A stretch of DNA of 64,000 nt. It comes from a virus (taxonomy: Duplodnaviria > Caudoviricetes). A model generated the notes under the pieces. The model was not told the DNA's origin and searched no databases. It saw nothing but the letters and a program-made list of their open reading frames with translations. Shown here one piece after another: positions 35,201 to 43,150 of this stretch. The translations under genes were made by a program, and so were the position numbers. The number at the start of each line of letters is the position of its first letter. Position 1 is the first letter of the stretch. Location: positions 8,704-72,703 of the IMG/VR virus record IMGVR_UViG_3300032295_003392. One strand, written 5' to 3'.

Positions 35201-35575
35201 TCAATGCCTTCTTTGGTTATTTGAGTAAATATTCATGTCACTCATTACTGTCACATTAATACCAAGGTTAGCTCCGTCCAGATCTAATGAGGAATATTTA
35301 GATTCAAAGTGATTCACATTATCGAATGTGTAAGCTCTTGGTCTATTATTCCTCATTTCTTTTTGATTTCGTCTCTCTATTTCTTTCAACTCTTCTTGTC
35401 TGACCATATCTTCGAATGATTGAGTATTCAAAGGTTCAGAAATGTTTTCTCTTTGAAAAGTCGGTTCAGCATAACCATACTTACTTAACAAATAGTTACG
35501 TTCAGATTGAGATACATCTGGATTAGTAATGGACTCTACTTGGTCCTCGACTATTCTTACTTGTGGTTTCTCCAT
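35201..35575 (-). CDS. Hypothetical protein (start moved to MEKPQ)
   Basis: TTATATATA variant motif sits 5 nt upstream of this ATG. Confidence 0.6.
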   Translation of the reverse strand: MEKPQVRIVEDQVESITNPDVSQSERNYLLSKYGYAEPTFQRENISEPLNTQSFEDMVRQEELKEIERRNQKEMRNNRPRAYTFDNVNHFESKYSSLDLDGANLGINVTVMSDMNIYSNNQRRH

Positions 35576-35588
35576 GAAAGTATATATA

Positions 35589-35614
35589 AACATTCTTTTA
35601 ATATAAAAATATAA
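35589..35614 (+). promoter_or_regulatory. Candidate AAC-N18-TATAA promoter upstream of the DHS-like gene
   Basis: AACATTCTTTTAATATAAAAATATAA, 5 nt before the ATG. Confidence 0.35.
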
Positions 35615-35619
35615 AGAAA

Positions 35620-36591
35620 ATGAAAAATACAATAACTTCTTTCATTGATAAACATTATAGACACTTCAACGCAGCCGCTTTGAGAGATGCTTCAATTGGA
35701 TACAAAAAACACCTTGAAGAAGGTGGTAAAATGATGATTACACTTGCTGGTGCTATGAGCACTGCTGAATTGGGTATATCCCTTGCTGAAATGATTAGAC
35801 AAGGTAAAGTTCACATCATTTCTTGCACAGGTGCTAATCTTGAAGAAGATTTAATGAATCTTGTTGCCCATTCACACTATAGAAGAGTCCCAAACTATAG
35901 AGATTTAACACCCCAAGATGAATGGGAACTTTTGGAACAAGGATTAAACAGAGTTACTGATACCTGCATTCCAGAGGAGGAAGCATTTAGGAAGATTCAA
36001 AAGGTTGTAGAAAAATATTGGAAAGCTGCTAATAGATCGAATGAATCTTTTTTTCCACATGAGTTTCTATACACCATTATAAGAAATAAAGACTTGCAAC
36101 CCGAATATGAGATTGACCCAAAAGATAGTTGGTTGGTAGCTGCCGCCGAAAAGAATATCCCTCTGATTGTACCAGGTTGGGAAGATTCTACCCTTGGGAA
36201 TATATTCGCATCAAATGTTATTAAGGGAAATCTTAAATCAACTGACATTAAAGGTGGTATTGATTATATGGTATTCCTATCTGATTGGTACAGACAAAAC
36301 TCTGGTGGTAAAGGAGTTGGATTCTTTCAGATTGGTGGTGGTATTGCTGGTGACTTCCCAATCTGCGTAGTTCCAATGATGTATCAAGATTTAGAATGGA
36401 CTGATGTACCTTTTTGGTCTTATTTCTGTCAGATTTCTGATTCTACTACAAGTTATGGATCATATTCAGGGGCCGTACCCAATGAAAAGATAACTTGGGG
36501 TAAGTTAGACATAAACACACCAAAGTTTATAGTAGAAAGTGATGCAACCATTGTCGCACCACTTATGTTTTCATATATTTTGGGTGAATAA
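35620..36591 (+). CDS. Deoxyhypusine synthase-like enzyme (possible homospermidine synthase)
   Basis: TLAGAMST, SCTGANLEEDL, GGGIAGD, YSGAVPNEKITWGK (catalytic Lys) and ESDATIVAP. Confidence 0.9.
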   Translation: MKNTITSFIDKHYRHFNAAALRDASIGYKKHLEEGGKMMITLAGAMSTAELGISLAEMIRQGKVHIISCTGANLEEDLMNLVAHSHYRRVPNYRDLTPQDEWELLEQGLNRVTDTCIPEEEAFRKIQKVVEKYWKAANRSNESFFPHEFLYTIIRNKDLQPEYEIDPKDSWLVAAAEKNIPLIVPGWEDSTLGNIFASNVIKGNLKSTDIKGGIDYMVFLSDWYRQNSGGKGVGFFQIGGGIAGDFPICVVPMMYQDLEWTDVPFWSYFCQISDSTTSYGSYSGAVPNEKITWGKLDINTPKFIVESDATIVAPLMFSYILGE

Positions 36592-36634
36592 AAGAAACTT
36601 TCCAAAAAACAAATGTCCAAACTTTTTATCATTT

Positions 36635-36665
36635 TTTGAAATGATATATAACTTTCATATCTTTG
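36635..36665 (+). promoter_or_regulatory. Bacteroidota primary-sigma promoter (TTTG-N19-TATCTTTG)
   Basis: Consensus match; shares 18 nt (AACTTTCATATCTTTGTA) with the promoter at 6764-6795. Confidence 0.75.
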
Positions 36666-36672
36666 TAATATT

Positions 36673-37407
36673 ATGATTCTAATATTAGGAGACATACACG
36701 GTAACTTCAATTACCTTAAAAATCAAATCCACACCAAAAGAATCGAAGATTGTACAATAATACAAGTTGGAGATTTTGGTATAGGATTTAGTTATAAGGA
36801 AAATGATGAATTCGTTCTTAAAAGTCTAAATGACTATTTGAAAGATTCGAATGTGACCCTGTATGCGATAAGGGGAAACCACGACAATCCGATTTTTTTC
36901 AATGGTGATTATGATTTTAGTAATCTAAAACTTTTACCTGATTATACTCAGCTTGAAATTGATGGGACTAATTTTCTTTTTATAGGAGGCGCGGTAAGTA
37001 TTGATAGAACAACAAGAATCAAAGAAAATAATAGCAATATTAGATATGGTAGTAGAAAACGTTGTTTTTGGAATGATGAAACACTAATCTACAAACCAGA
37101 GATTACAAAGAATATAAAAGGTGTCGATGTAGTAATAACACATACAGCTCCGGATTGGTGCCACCCCAACAACAAATTGGGATTTGGTAGTTTTGTTGAG
37201 GATTGGGCAAAGTACGACACAAATTTATTAACGGATTTGAGATTCGAAAGGAATCAAATGTCTAATATATTTCTTGATTTAGTAGAAAATAATAAAATCA
37301 AGAAACATTTTTACGGTCATTTCCATAAAAGTCATTTAGAGACTTTTGACAATATTGACCATCATTTACTGGATATAAATGAGTTCTACCATCTATATCC
37401 TTATTAA
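36673..37407 (+). CDS. Calcineurin-like metallophosphoesterase
   Basis: GDIHG, VGDFG, RGNHD, ITHTAP and YGHFH motifs. Confidence 0.88.
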   Translation: MILILGDIHGNFNYLKNQIHTKRIEDCTIIQVGDFGIGFSYKENDEFVLKSLNDYLKDSNVTLYAIRGNHDNPIFFNGDYDFSNLKLLPDYTQLEIDGTNFLFIGGAVSIDRTTRIKENNSNIRYGSRKRCFWNDETLIYKPEITKNIKGVDVVITHTAPDWCHPNNKLGFGSFVEDWAKYDTNLLTDLRFERNQMSNIFLDLVENNKIKKHFYGHFHKSHLETFDNIDHHLLDINEFYHLYPY

Positions 37408-37422
37408 AAAAAAATCATTTTA

Positions 37423-38202
37423 ATGAAAAAGTATGATTTGATAAAAATACATCATTGGCTACTTGTATCAACATTTAAAAGTACCTGGTTTGAAGAGAAT
37501 ATAAAACTTCAAATCATTTCACTTCTAAGTTGGTTCATTTACCCTGAGTTCAGACAAAGTAATACTCTTTTTTCTGTTCTTGGAAAAAATAAAATAATAC
37601 TCACAACTCTGAGTGTCTTTATAGGGTGGACATTGTTCTCCTTTACATTCGGAAGAATAACAGTAAGTACAGATAAGGAAAATAGTACGGTAGTGGTCGA
37701 GAAAAAAACTTTTGTAAATAATTATTTCAGCTCACTAAACCTAAAAGATTTTCATCCAAGAAGGAGAATTACAGAATATAAGGTCTTTACAGATTTCCAC
37801 ATAGAAAACTTCGACAATCTACACAAACTACCAGACGAGGTTTTTTATGCTATGATTTTAGAAATAGAAAAAAACAATATACCTTACAGTATATTTTTCA
37901 GAATGATGGATATTGAGTCAGGTTATCAATTTATCAGAAATCAAAATTCGGGAGCGAATGGATATTGTCAAGTTTTACCAGCGACAAAATCACACATTTT
38001 AAGAAAAATCGGGTCGACAAAGAATGAAAAAATAGACAATATCAGAATTGCCTCATACCATCTAAAAGTACAATATGATAAATATAGACTTGAAGGGAAT
38101 AACAAGAAAGAATCTTGGTTCAAATCTTTGCTAGATTATAACGGAGGTAGTCACTCCTTAGCAAAAAAAGTGATGGAACACTACACAGAAGATATATTAT
38201 AA
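37423..38202 (+). CDS. Membrane-anchored lytic transglycosylase (SLT-like)
   Basis: Hydrophobic N-terminal segment; IESG catalytic Glu, GANGYCQVLPAT and DYNGG motifs. Confidence 0.7.
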   Translation: MKKYDLIKIHHWLLVSTFKSTWFEENIKLQIISLLSWFIYPEFRQSNTLFSVLGKNKIILTTLSVFIGWTLFSFTFGRITVSTDKENSTVVVEKKTFVNNYFSSLNLKDFHPRRRITEYKVFTDFHIENFDNLHKLPDEVFYAMILEIEKNNIPYSIFFRMMDIESGYQFIRNQNSGANGYCQVLPATKSHILRKIGSTKNEKIDNIRIASYHLKVQYDKYRLEGNNKKESWFKSLLDYNGGSHSLAKKVMEHYTEDIL

Positions 38203-38229
38203 AAAAAGGGGGTTTGAAACCCCCTTTTT
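38201..38229. terminator. Bidirectional rho-independent terminator
   Basis: A7-GGGGGTTTGAAACCCCC-T5 between convergent genes. Confidence 0.85.
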
Positions 38230-38233
38230 ATTT

Positions 38234-39079
38234 TTAAGCTAAAACCTCTTGAACTAACTTGTCTTTCTGTAAGAGTTCGTAAGCTCTAGCAAGTCTAGTC
38301 ATTCCGATTCCACCACCGAATCTTGGAAAGAAATCATGTGTAAAGAAATCTTCTAATTCCTTTTCAACTCTATCTTTACCAAATAGTTCGAATAACTTGG
38401 CAGAATATTTTCCATCCTCGATTGTGTAGAACATTTCTCTCATTTTTTCAATATCACAACTCCTTTCAGCTGAACCAATTGTTTCTTGACCGTAAAGGAT
38501 GACATCTACTTTATTGAAAATCTGACCATCTTTGTTCTTCATATTCCAAAACGGATTAGTCCTTCTAGGGAAATATTGTAGAGATACTACCGAACCCTTT
38601 TCATCCCACATCCTTTGTTCGTGTTCATTCTCAAGGATTGGAACTCCACCGTATTCTTCACATACATCATCATACTTAACCTCAACAGGTTCAGAAAAAC
38701 CAAGGTGTTCTAGTAATTCTGATTCCAATTGTAACATTTCTTTAATTCCACCCTTTGATTCGAATTCGAACATTGGGAAGATTAATTCATGTCTACCTGG
38801 GATTGGTTCTTTCTCTTGACGATATGAGGTTGAGATACAAAAACATCCAGGCCATTCTGGATTTTTTAATAACTCATACTCTAACCACATCTGACCTGTC
38901 TGAGGTAGTGGCCAAACTAAACCTTGGTAGTTATAAGTTGTGATTGAATGAGGATTTTCACAAGCAGCTAAGATTGATAATCTTGATTGTGTAGGTACTT
39001 CATAGAAACCTTTTTGCAAAAAAAATTCTCGCATCTTTTGTACGAGAGTGTGATAAGTTTGTGTGTTAAACATAGGCAT
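38234..39079 (-). CDS. Class II aaRS (Asp/Asn/Lys-type) catalytic-core paralog without anticodon-binding domain
   Basis: Motif 2 SYRQE...RHELIFPMFEFE, DVILYGQETIGSAER, motif 3 GGGIGMTRL; only 281 aa. Confidence 0.82.
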   Translation of the reverse strand: MPMFNTQTYHTLVQKMREFFLQKGFYEVPTQSRLSILAACENPHSITTYNYQGLVWPLPQTGQMWLEYELLKNPEWPGCFCISTSYRQEKEPIPGRHELIFPMFEFESKGGIKEMLQLESELLEHLGFSEPVEVKYDDVCEEYGGVPILENEHEQRMWDEKGSVVSLQYFPRRTNPFWNMKNKDGQIFNKVDVILYGQETIGSAERSCDIEKMREMFYTIEDGKYSAKLFELFGKDRVEKELEDFFTHDFFPRFGGGIGMTRLARAYELLQKDKLVQEVLA

Positions 39080-39179
39080 TTTTTTTTTGGCCGATTAAAA
39101 ATCCGCCAATCTATAAATACTAAACTATACTATATATTGACTCCAACTAAGTATGTTTACTTTTTTTAAAAAAAAAATA

Positions 39180-41414
39180 TTAAATACCATCAGGTCCAAC
39201 CTGGTTAATCTCATAACTCGGAAGAATTAACCTAGTGTTTGCATTGTCAGCAAATTGTAAGTACTTAGAATCATCTCTTATTATAGATTGATTCAGTATT
39301 TTACTATGTTGATTTTCGGGTATCACATCCGTGAAATATCTAATGTTGGTAATCTTCATATCAGAACCCGTTATTCTTGGGAAAATATTATCCACATTGA
39401 TTTCTACAGGTGTGTGGTCGAAAACTTGACTGAAAGACTTTTTCAAAACAGTCGTACTTAGTCTACTACCCATTTCTTCATCATCAGTATTTCTCTTATA
39501 AATGTATTGACTGACCTTCCTCTGTCTCTGGTCTATATTTAAAAGGTAACCGTACCAAGTTTCCTCCGATATATCCTCCACTGACATACTATAAGTCATA
39601 CTGTTAATTTTAACTGACAAAATATCATTTGCAATAGTCATTTTAAATCCTTGTGAATTTGGATTATCATAATAATCAAATAGATAATACTTATCATTTG
39701 TTGTGTAGTTATTTATATTAAACCAACAAATAAAACTGATATTATCAGATACATTATAGTAACCTCTGACATTACGATACACAACCGCATCATTTGAATA
39801 AGTTAATCCAAATCCAACAGATGAAAGATCGTAGTGGGTTTTAGATATTACGATTTCAGCATTGTTTACAAGTTCTTTTACTATCTTAGCATTTATGTTT
39901 ACCCTTAAGGTGTCCTTAGTAAGTGGTTTGAATTGTTCCTTATTTGCAACACTCTTCTTATCTTGTGTATTTTCAAATCCAAAGAGTTCATCAATGGTAG
40001 AATTCTTAGTAAGTTCTCTAACCTTATCAGTAATCTCTTGATTAGCTCCAATGACATTTGCTTTCTGATTGTATTTCTTCAACATCAACTTATAATAAAT
40101 TGCATTGTTATTGAAACTTCTGAAAGCCTGTGAATGTTCAACAGTAAACATTCTATTTATTTCACAGAACCATAAAAAATCCTCTTTGGATGGTCTTTTA
40201 TCTACACCGAAGATTTGTTTGAATGTTTTCTTAGGTATGTGAATTTCAAAAGAATCGAATAAAGTTAAATCAAATTGATTAATAGCACCTGTATTATCTG
40301 GAAACTGATTGTTTTCAACAGATACCTTAACTAAACCATCACAAACATAGTTATAGAGTTGATATTCATGGAATGAATAATCTGTTCCCCTTTTGTCTGG
40401 GTCGGTTAAGAAATAAACAACCTCATGTCCAAATATATTGTTTGAATCATTACTCATTTTATCCAAAAGTTGAGTAGCTAATGTCAAACTATAAGGTTTG
40501 TATAAAGAATTTACTTGGTCTTGATTCAAAATTGGCAAAGGACTATCAACTGGTGATGGTGTAATGTTTTGTTGCAGACCACCACTGGGTAAAGAAATAT
40601 CACTTGTAGTATCATTTACTATACCAAGTTTCAAACAGTTACAATCCTCCCTTATACCAAAAAGATTAGTTTTTTTAGAATCTTGTGTAACATTCTGAAA
40701 ATCACCTATCAGGTTAATGTCATAAATTTTTACCAAACTTCCTGACTTATATTGTAAAAGATATTCGATTTGGAAAAACCTTATTGGATTTATTATTGCG
40801 GATGTAATATTTTCTTTAGTAAAGTACTCCCACTCCGATACAGTCCTTCCATAATCTTGTGAAAACCTATACTTTATTGTAATATCCTCCAAATTTCCCT
40901 TATGTAATATCTCAATATCATCAATACTAAAAACTTTATAGATGTAAGGTGGTTTTATTATTTCCTCAGTTTGCGTTTCATCAATTTGTACAACCCCTGT
41001 ACCTTCATTCAAATTTCTGTATAAGACACCATCTAGTTTATAATCCAAAAGTTTTATAGTGCCTATCTCAGAAGACCCTTTTCTTGTCAACTTTAAATCA
41101 AAGTACATTTCATCGGTAGAATTGAATGGTGGAAACTCCTTAATGCTTAGTGGTAAATCATACCACTGAGTCCATTTGATAGAATCCCTACTGATCCTAT
41201 ATTTTGATTCTAAAAACCTTGTACTTGTTTTACCAGTATAATCAAAACTAAACTTAGTAAACTTTTCAACATCAGTTAGGTTATAGAAACTAAATACCCT
41301 TTCTTGGTCTACCGTGTCAAATTGTGGGGCAATATTACCACTGCTGGTAGATAAAGAAAATGTTTCCGATATTGATATGGATCCCTTCGTTGTATCCTTT
41401 GAAATTTCATACAT
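39180..41414 (-). CDS. Putative neck/head-completion protein: T4 gp14-like core + C-terminal LamG-like domain
   Basis: FGHEVVYFL...FDSFEIHIPKKTFKQIFG..RPSKEDFLWF..NRMFTV resembles gp14; ISFICWFN...WYGYLL...ITNIRYF resembles LamG. Confidence 0.65.
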   Translation of the reverse strand: MYEISKDTTKGSISISETFSLSTSSGNIAPQFDTVDQERVFSFYNLTDVEKFTKFSFDYTGKTSTRFLESKYRISRDSIKWTQWYDLPLSIKEFPPFNSTDEMYFDLKLTRKGSSEIGTIKLLDYKLDGVLYRNLNEGTGVVQIDETQTEEIIKPPYIYKVFSIDDIEILHKGNLEDITIKYRFSQDYGRTVSEWEYFTKENITSAIINPIRFFQIEYLLQYKSGSLVKIYDINLIGDFQNVTQDSKKTNLFGIREDCNCLKLGIVNDTTSDISLPSGGLQQNITPSPVDSPLPILNQDQVNSLYKPYSLTLATQLLDKMSNDSNNIFGHEVVYFLTDPDKRGTDYSFHEYQLYNYVCDGLVKVSVENNQFPDNTGAINQFDLTLFDSFEIHIPKKTFKQIFGVDKRPSKEDFLWFCEINRMFTVEHSQAFRSFNNNAIYYKLMLKKYNQKANVIGANQEITDKVRELTKNSTIDELFGFENTQDKKSVANKEQFKPLTKDTLRVNINAKIVKELVNNAEIVISKTHYDLSSVGFGLTYSNDAVVYRNVRGYYNVSDNISFICWFNINNYTTNDKYYLFDYYDNPNSQGFKMTIANDILSVKINSMTYSMSVEDISEETWYGYLLNIDQRQRKVSQYIYKRNTDDEEMGSRLSTTVLKKSFSQVFDHTPVEINVDNIFPRITGSDMKITNIRYFTDVIPENQHSKILNQSIIRDDSKYLQFADNANTRLILPSYEINQVGPDGI

Positions 41415-41420
41415 ATAAAA

Positions 41421-41429
41421 TATATATTA
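41421..41429 (-). promoter_or_regulatory. TAATATATA motif (candidate late promoter)
   Basis: Exact 9-mer 6 nt before the ATG. Confidence 0.6.
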
Positions 41430-41437
41430 AAAAAAGT

Positions 41438-41468
41438 TTTGTAATAGGATTATTATTTACTACCTTTG
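41438..41468 (+). promoter_or_regulatory. Bacteroidota primary-sigma promoter (TTTG-N19-TACCTTTG)
   Basis: Consensus match; ATG 12 nt downstream. Confidence 0.75.
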
Positions 41469-41480
41469 TATAATTAAAAT

Positions 41481-42581
41481 ATGAAAATGAATATAAAAGA
41501 AACATTCTTAAACTTAACTAAATCCACCTATCCACACGGACACGAACAAGAGATGTACCATCTCTTACCAGAAGATATATCATTTGATGAATTTGGAAAT
41601 CCCTACAAACTAATAGGTGAAGACCCCAACATCATGTTCACCTGTCACTTGGATACTGCATCTGGTTACAAAGAAAATGTTACCCACATTATTTCAGGTG
41701 ACTTTATAATGACTAATGGTAAAACTATCTTAGGAGCGGATGATAAAGCTGGTACGACTATTTTACTTTACATGATTGAGAATAATATACCTGGTCTATA
41801 TTATTTCTTCTTGGGTGAAGAGAGAGGGTGTGTAGGTTCAAGACAAGTTGCTAGCAAACACTTAAATCAAAAACCATTTCCAAACATCACGAAAGTAGTT
41901 TCGTTCGACCGAAGAGGACACGATTCAGTAATAACACACCAACTAGGAGGAAGATGTTGTTCAGATATATTTGCTAAAAGTTTAGCAAAACAACTAAACC
42001 AAATCAATCCTAATTTCAAATACGGACCAGACCCAACCGGTATTTATACAGACTCAGCTCAGTTTATAAATGTATACCAAGAATGTACCAATATATCTGT
42101 AGGATATGACTACGAACATACTACATCGGAACAACAAGATATAAAACACCTAATGGAACTTTGTAATGCTGTACTACAAGTTGAATGGAATAATCTTCCA
42201 ACAGAAAGGAAAACCGACTCCAAATATTGGGAGGACGATGAAGATGACTGGGAGTACCCAATAAGAACGAGAACTTACAATATTAAAACAATAAGTGTAA
42301 AAGACGAGGACTTCCCATACGAAAACATAGAGTTCGAAATCGAAGAAAAAACCAAAGAGATATTACACATCCAAGTGAGTAAAGACAGACAACACCACGA
42401 ACAAGGACTAATCGAGGAACTGTTAACAAGTTTAGAAATAGAACACCATAATGGTAAATGGGATGGGAACACCTATGTATACAAGAGTGAATATGGGACA
42501 GATGAAATAAACAGAGAAATACTAATAGACTATATCAAAGACTTAGATTTAGCAACGAAATATAGAGAATATATATCATGA
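41481..42581 (+). CDS. M28/M20-clan zinc peptidase-like protein with acidic C-terminal extension
   Basis: CHLDT, LGADDKAG, GEERGCVGS, SFDRRG and NISVGY..EH motifs. Confidence 0.82.
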   Translation: MKMNIKETFLNLTKSTYPHGHEQEMYHLLPEDISFDEFGNPYKLIGEDPNIMFTCHLDTASGYKENVTHIISGDFIMTNGKTILGADDKAGTTILLYMIENNIPGLYYFFLGEERGCVGSRQVASKHLNQKPFPNITKVVSFDRRGHDSVITHQLGGRCCSDIFAKSLAKQLNQINPNFKYGPDPTGIYTDSAQFINVYQECTNISVGYDYEHTTSEQQDIKHLMELCNAVLQVEWNNLPTERKTDSKYWEDDEDDWEYPIRTRTYNIKTISVKDEDFPYENIEFEIEEKTKEILHIQVSKDRQHHEQGLIEELLTSLEIEHHNGKWDGNTYVYKSEYGTDEINREILIDYIKDLDLATKYREYIS

Positions 42582-43099
42582 TGTTACATGTTTTTAAGAA
42601 GGGATTGATAACGATATTTTCTGCTATGTCCCAAAATAGAGCGATAGGAATAGACAATTCCCTTCCGTGGAACCTCCCACAGGACTTAAAAAGGTTCAAA
42701 AAACTCACACAAAACCAAGTAGTAGTTATGGGTAGGAAGACCTATGAGTCTCTAGGAAGGTCGCTCCCTAATAGATTAAATATCATTCTAACGAAGGATA
42801 CAAAGTGGAACGGTATAAAGGGAGACAATACCTATGTTTACTATAGTGTAGAAGAGGTACTCGAGAGATTCAAAACTAGAGACCTGTACATAATAGGAGG
42901 TGCGGAAATTTACAAAGCCTTTATGAACTATGCCGACAAGATGGAAATAACTTTCATAGACAAAGAAATCGAAGGAGATACGTATTTTCCAGAAATATCA
43001 GAAGATTGGGGAATCGAAAACAAAGAAACACATGAAAATGAAGATTTCACTTATCATTTTATCACATACACAAGAAAGGGCAAAGAAATAGACATTTAA
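42578..43099 (+). CDS. folA: Dihydrofolate reductase
   Basis: IGIDNSLPWNLPQDLKRFK, MGRKTYESL, LPNRLNIIL, IIGGAEIY and GDTYFP motifs. Confidence 0.95.
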   Translation: MMLHVFKKGLITIFSAMSQNRAIGIDNSLPWNLPQDLKRFKKLTQNQVVVMGRKTYESLGRSLPNRLNIILTKDTKWNGIKGDNTYVYYSVEEVLERFKTRDLYIIGGAEIYKAFMNYADKMEITFIDKEIEGDTYFPEISEDWGIENKETHENEDFTYHFITYTRKGKEIDI

Positions 43100-43102
43100 G
43101 AA

Positions 43103-43128
43103 AACCTTTTAACACCCATCCACTATAA
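43103..43128 (+). promoter_or_regulatory. Candidate AAC-N18-TATAA promoter upstream of clpC
   Basis: AACCTTTTAACACCCATCCACTATAA. Confidence 0.45.
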
Positions 43129-43150
43129 ACCATAATAAAATAAAATTATT

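Noticed and set aside
3379-37407. Either metallophosphoesterase as gp47/SbcD
   Set aside because: Both are short (200 and 244 aa), lack the Mre11 capping region and are not adjacent to gp46.
39079-39178. Homopolymer runs as phase-variation switches
   Set aside because: They are intergenic A/T runs typical of an AT-rich genome, and no frameshifted CDS was seen.
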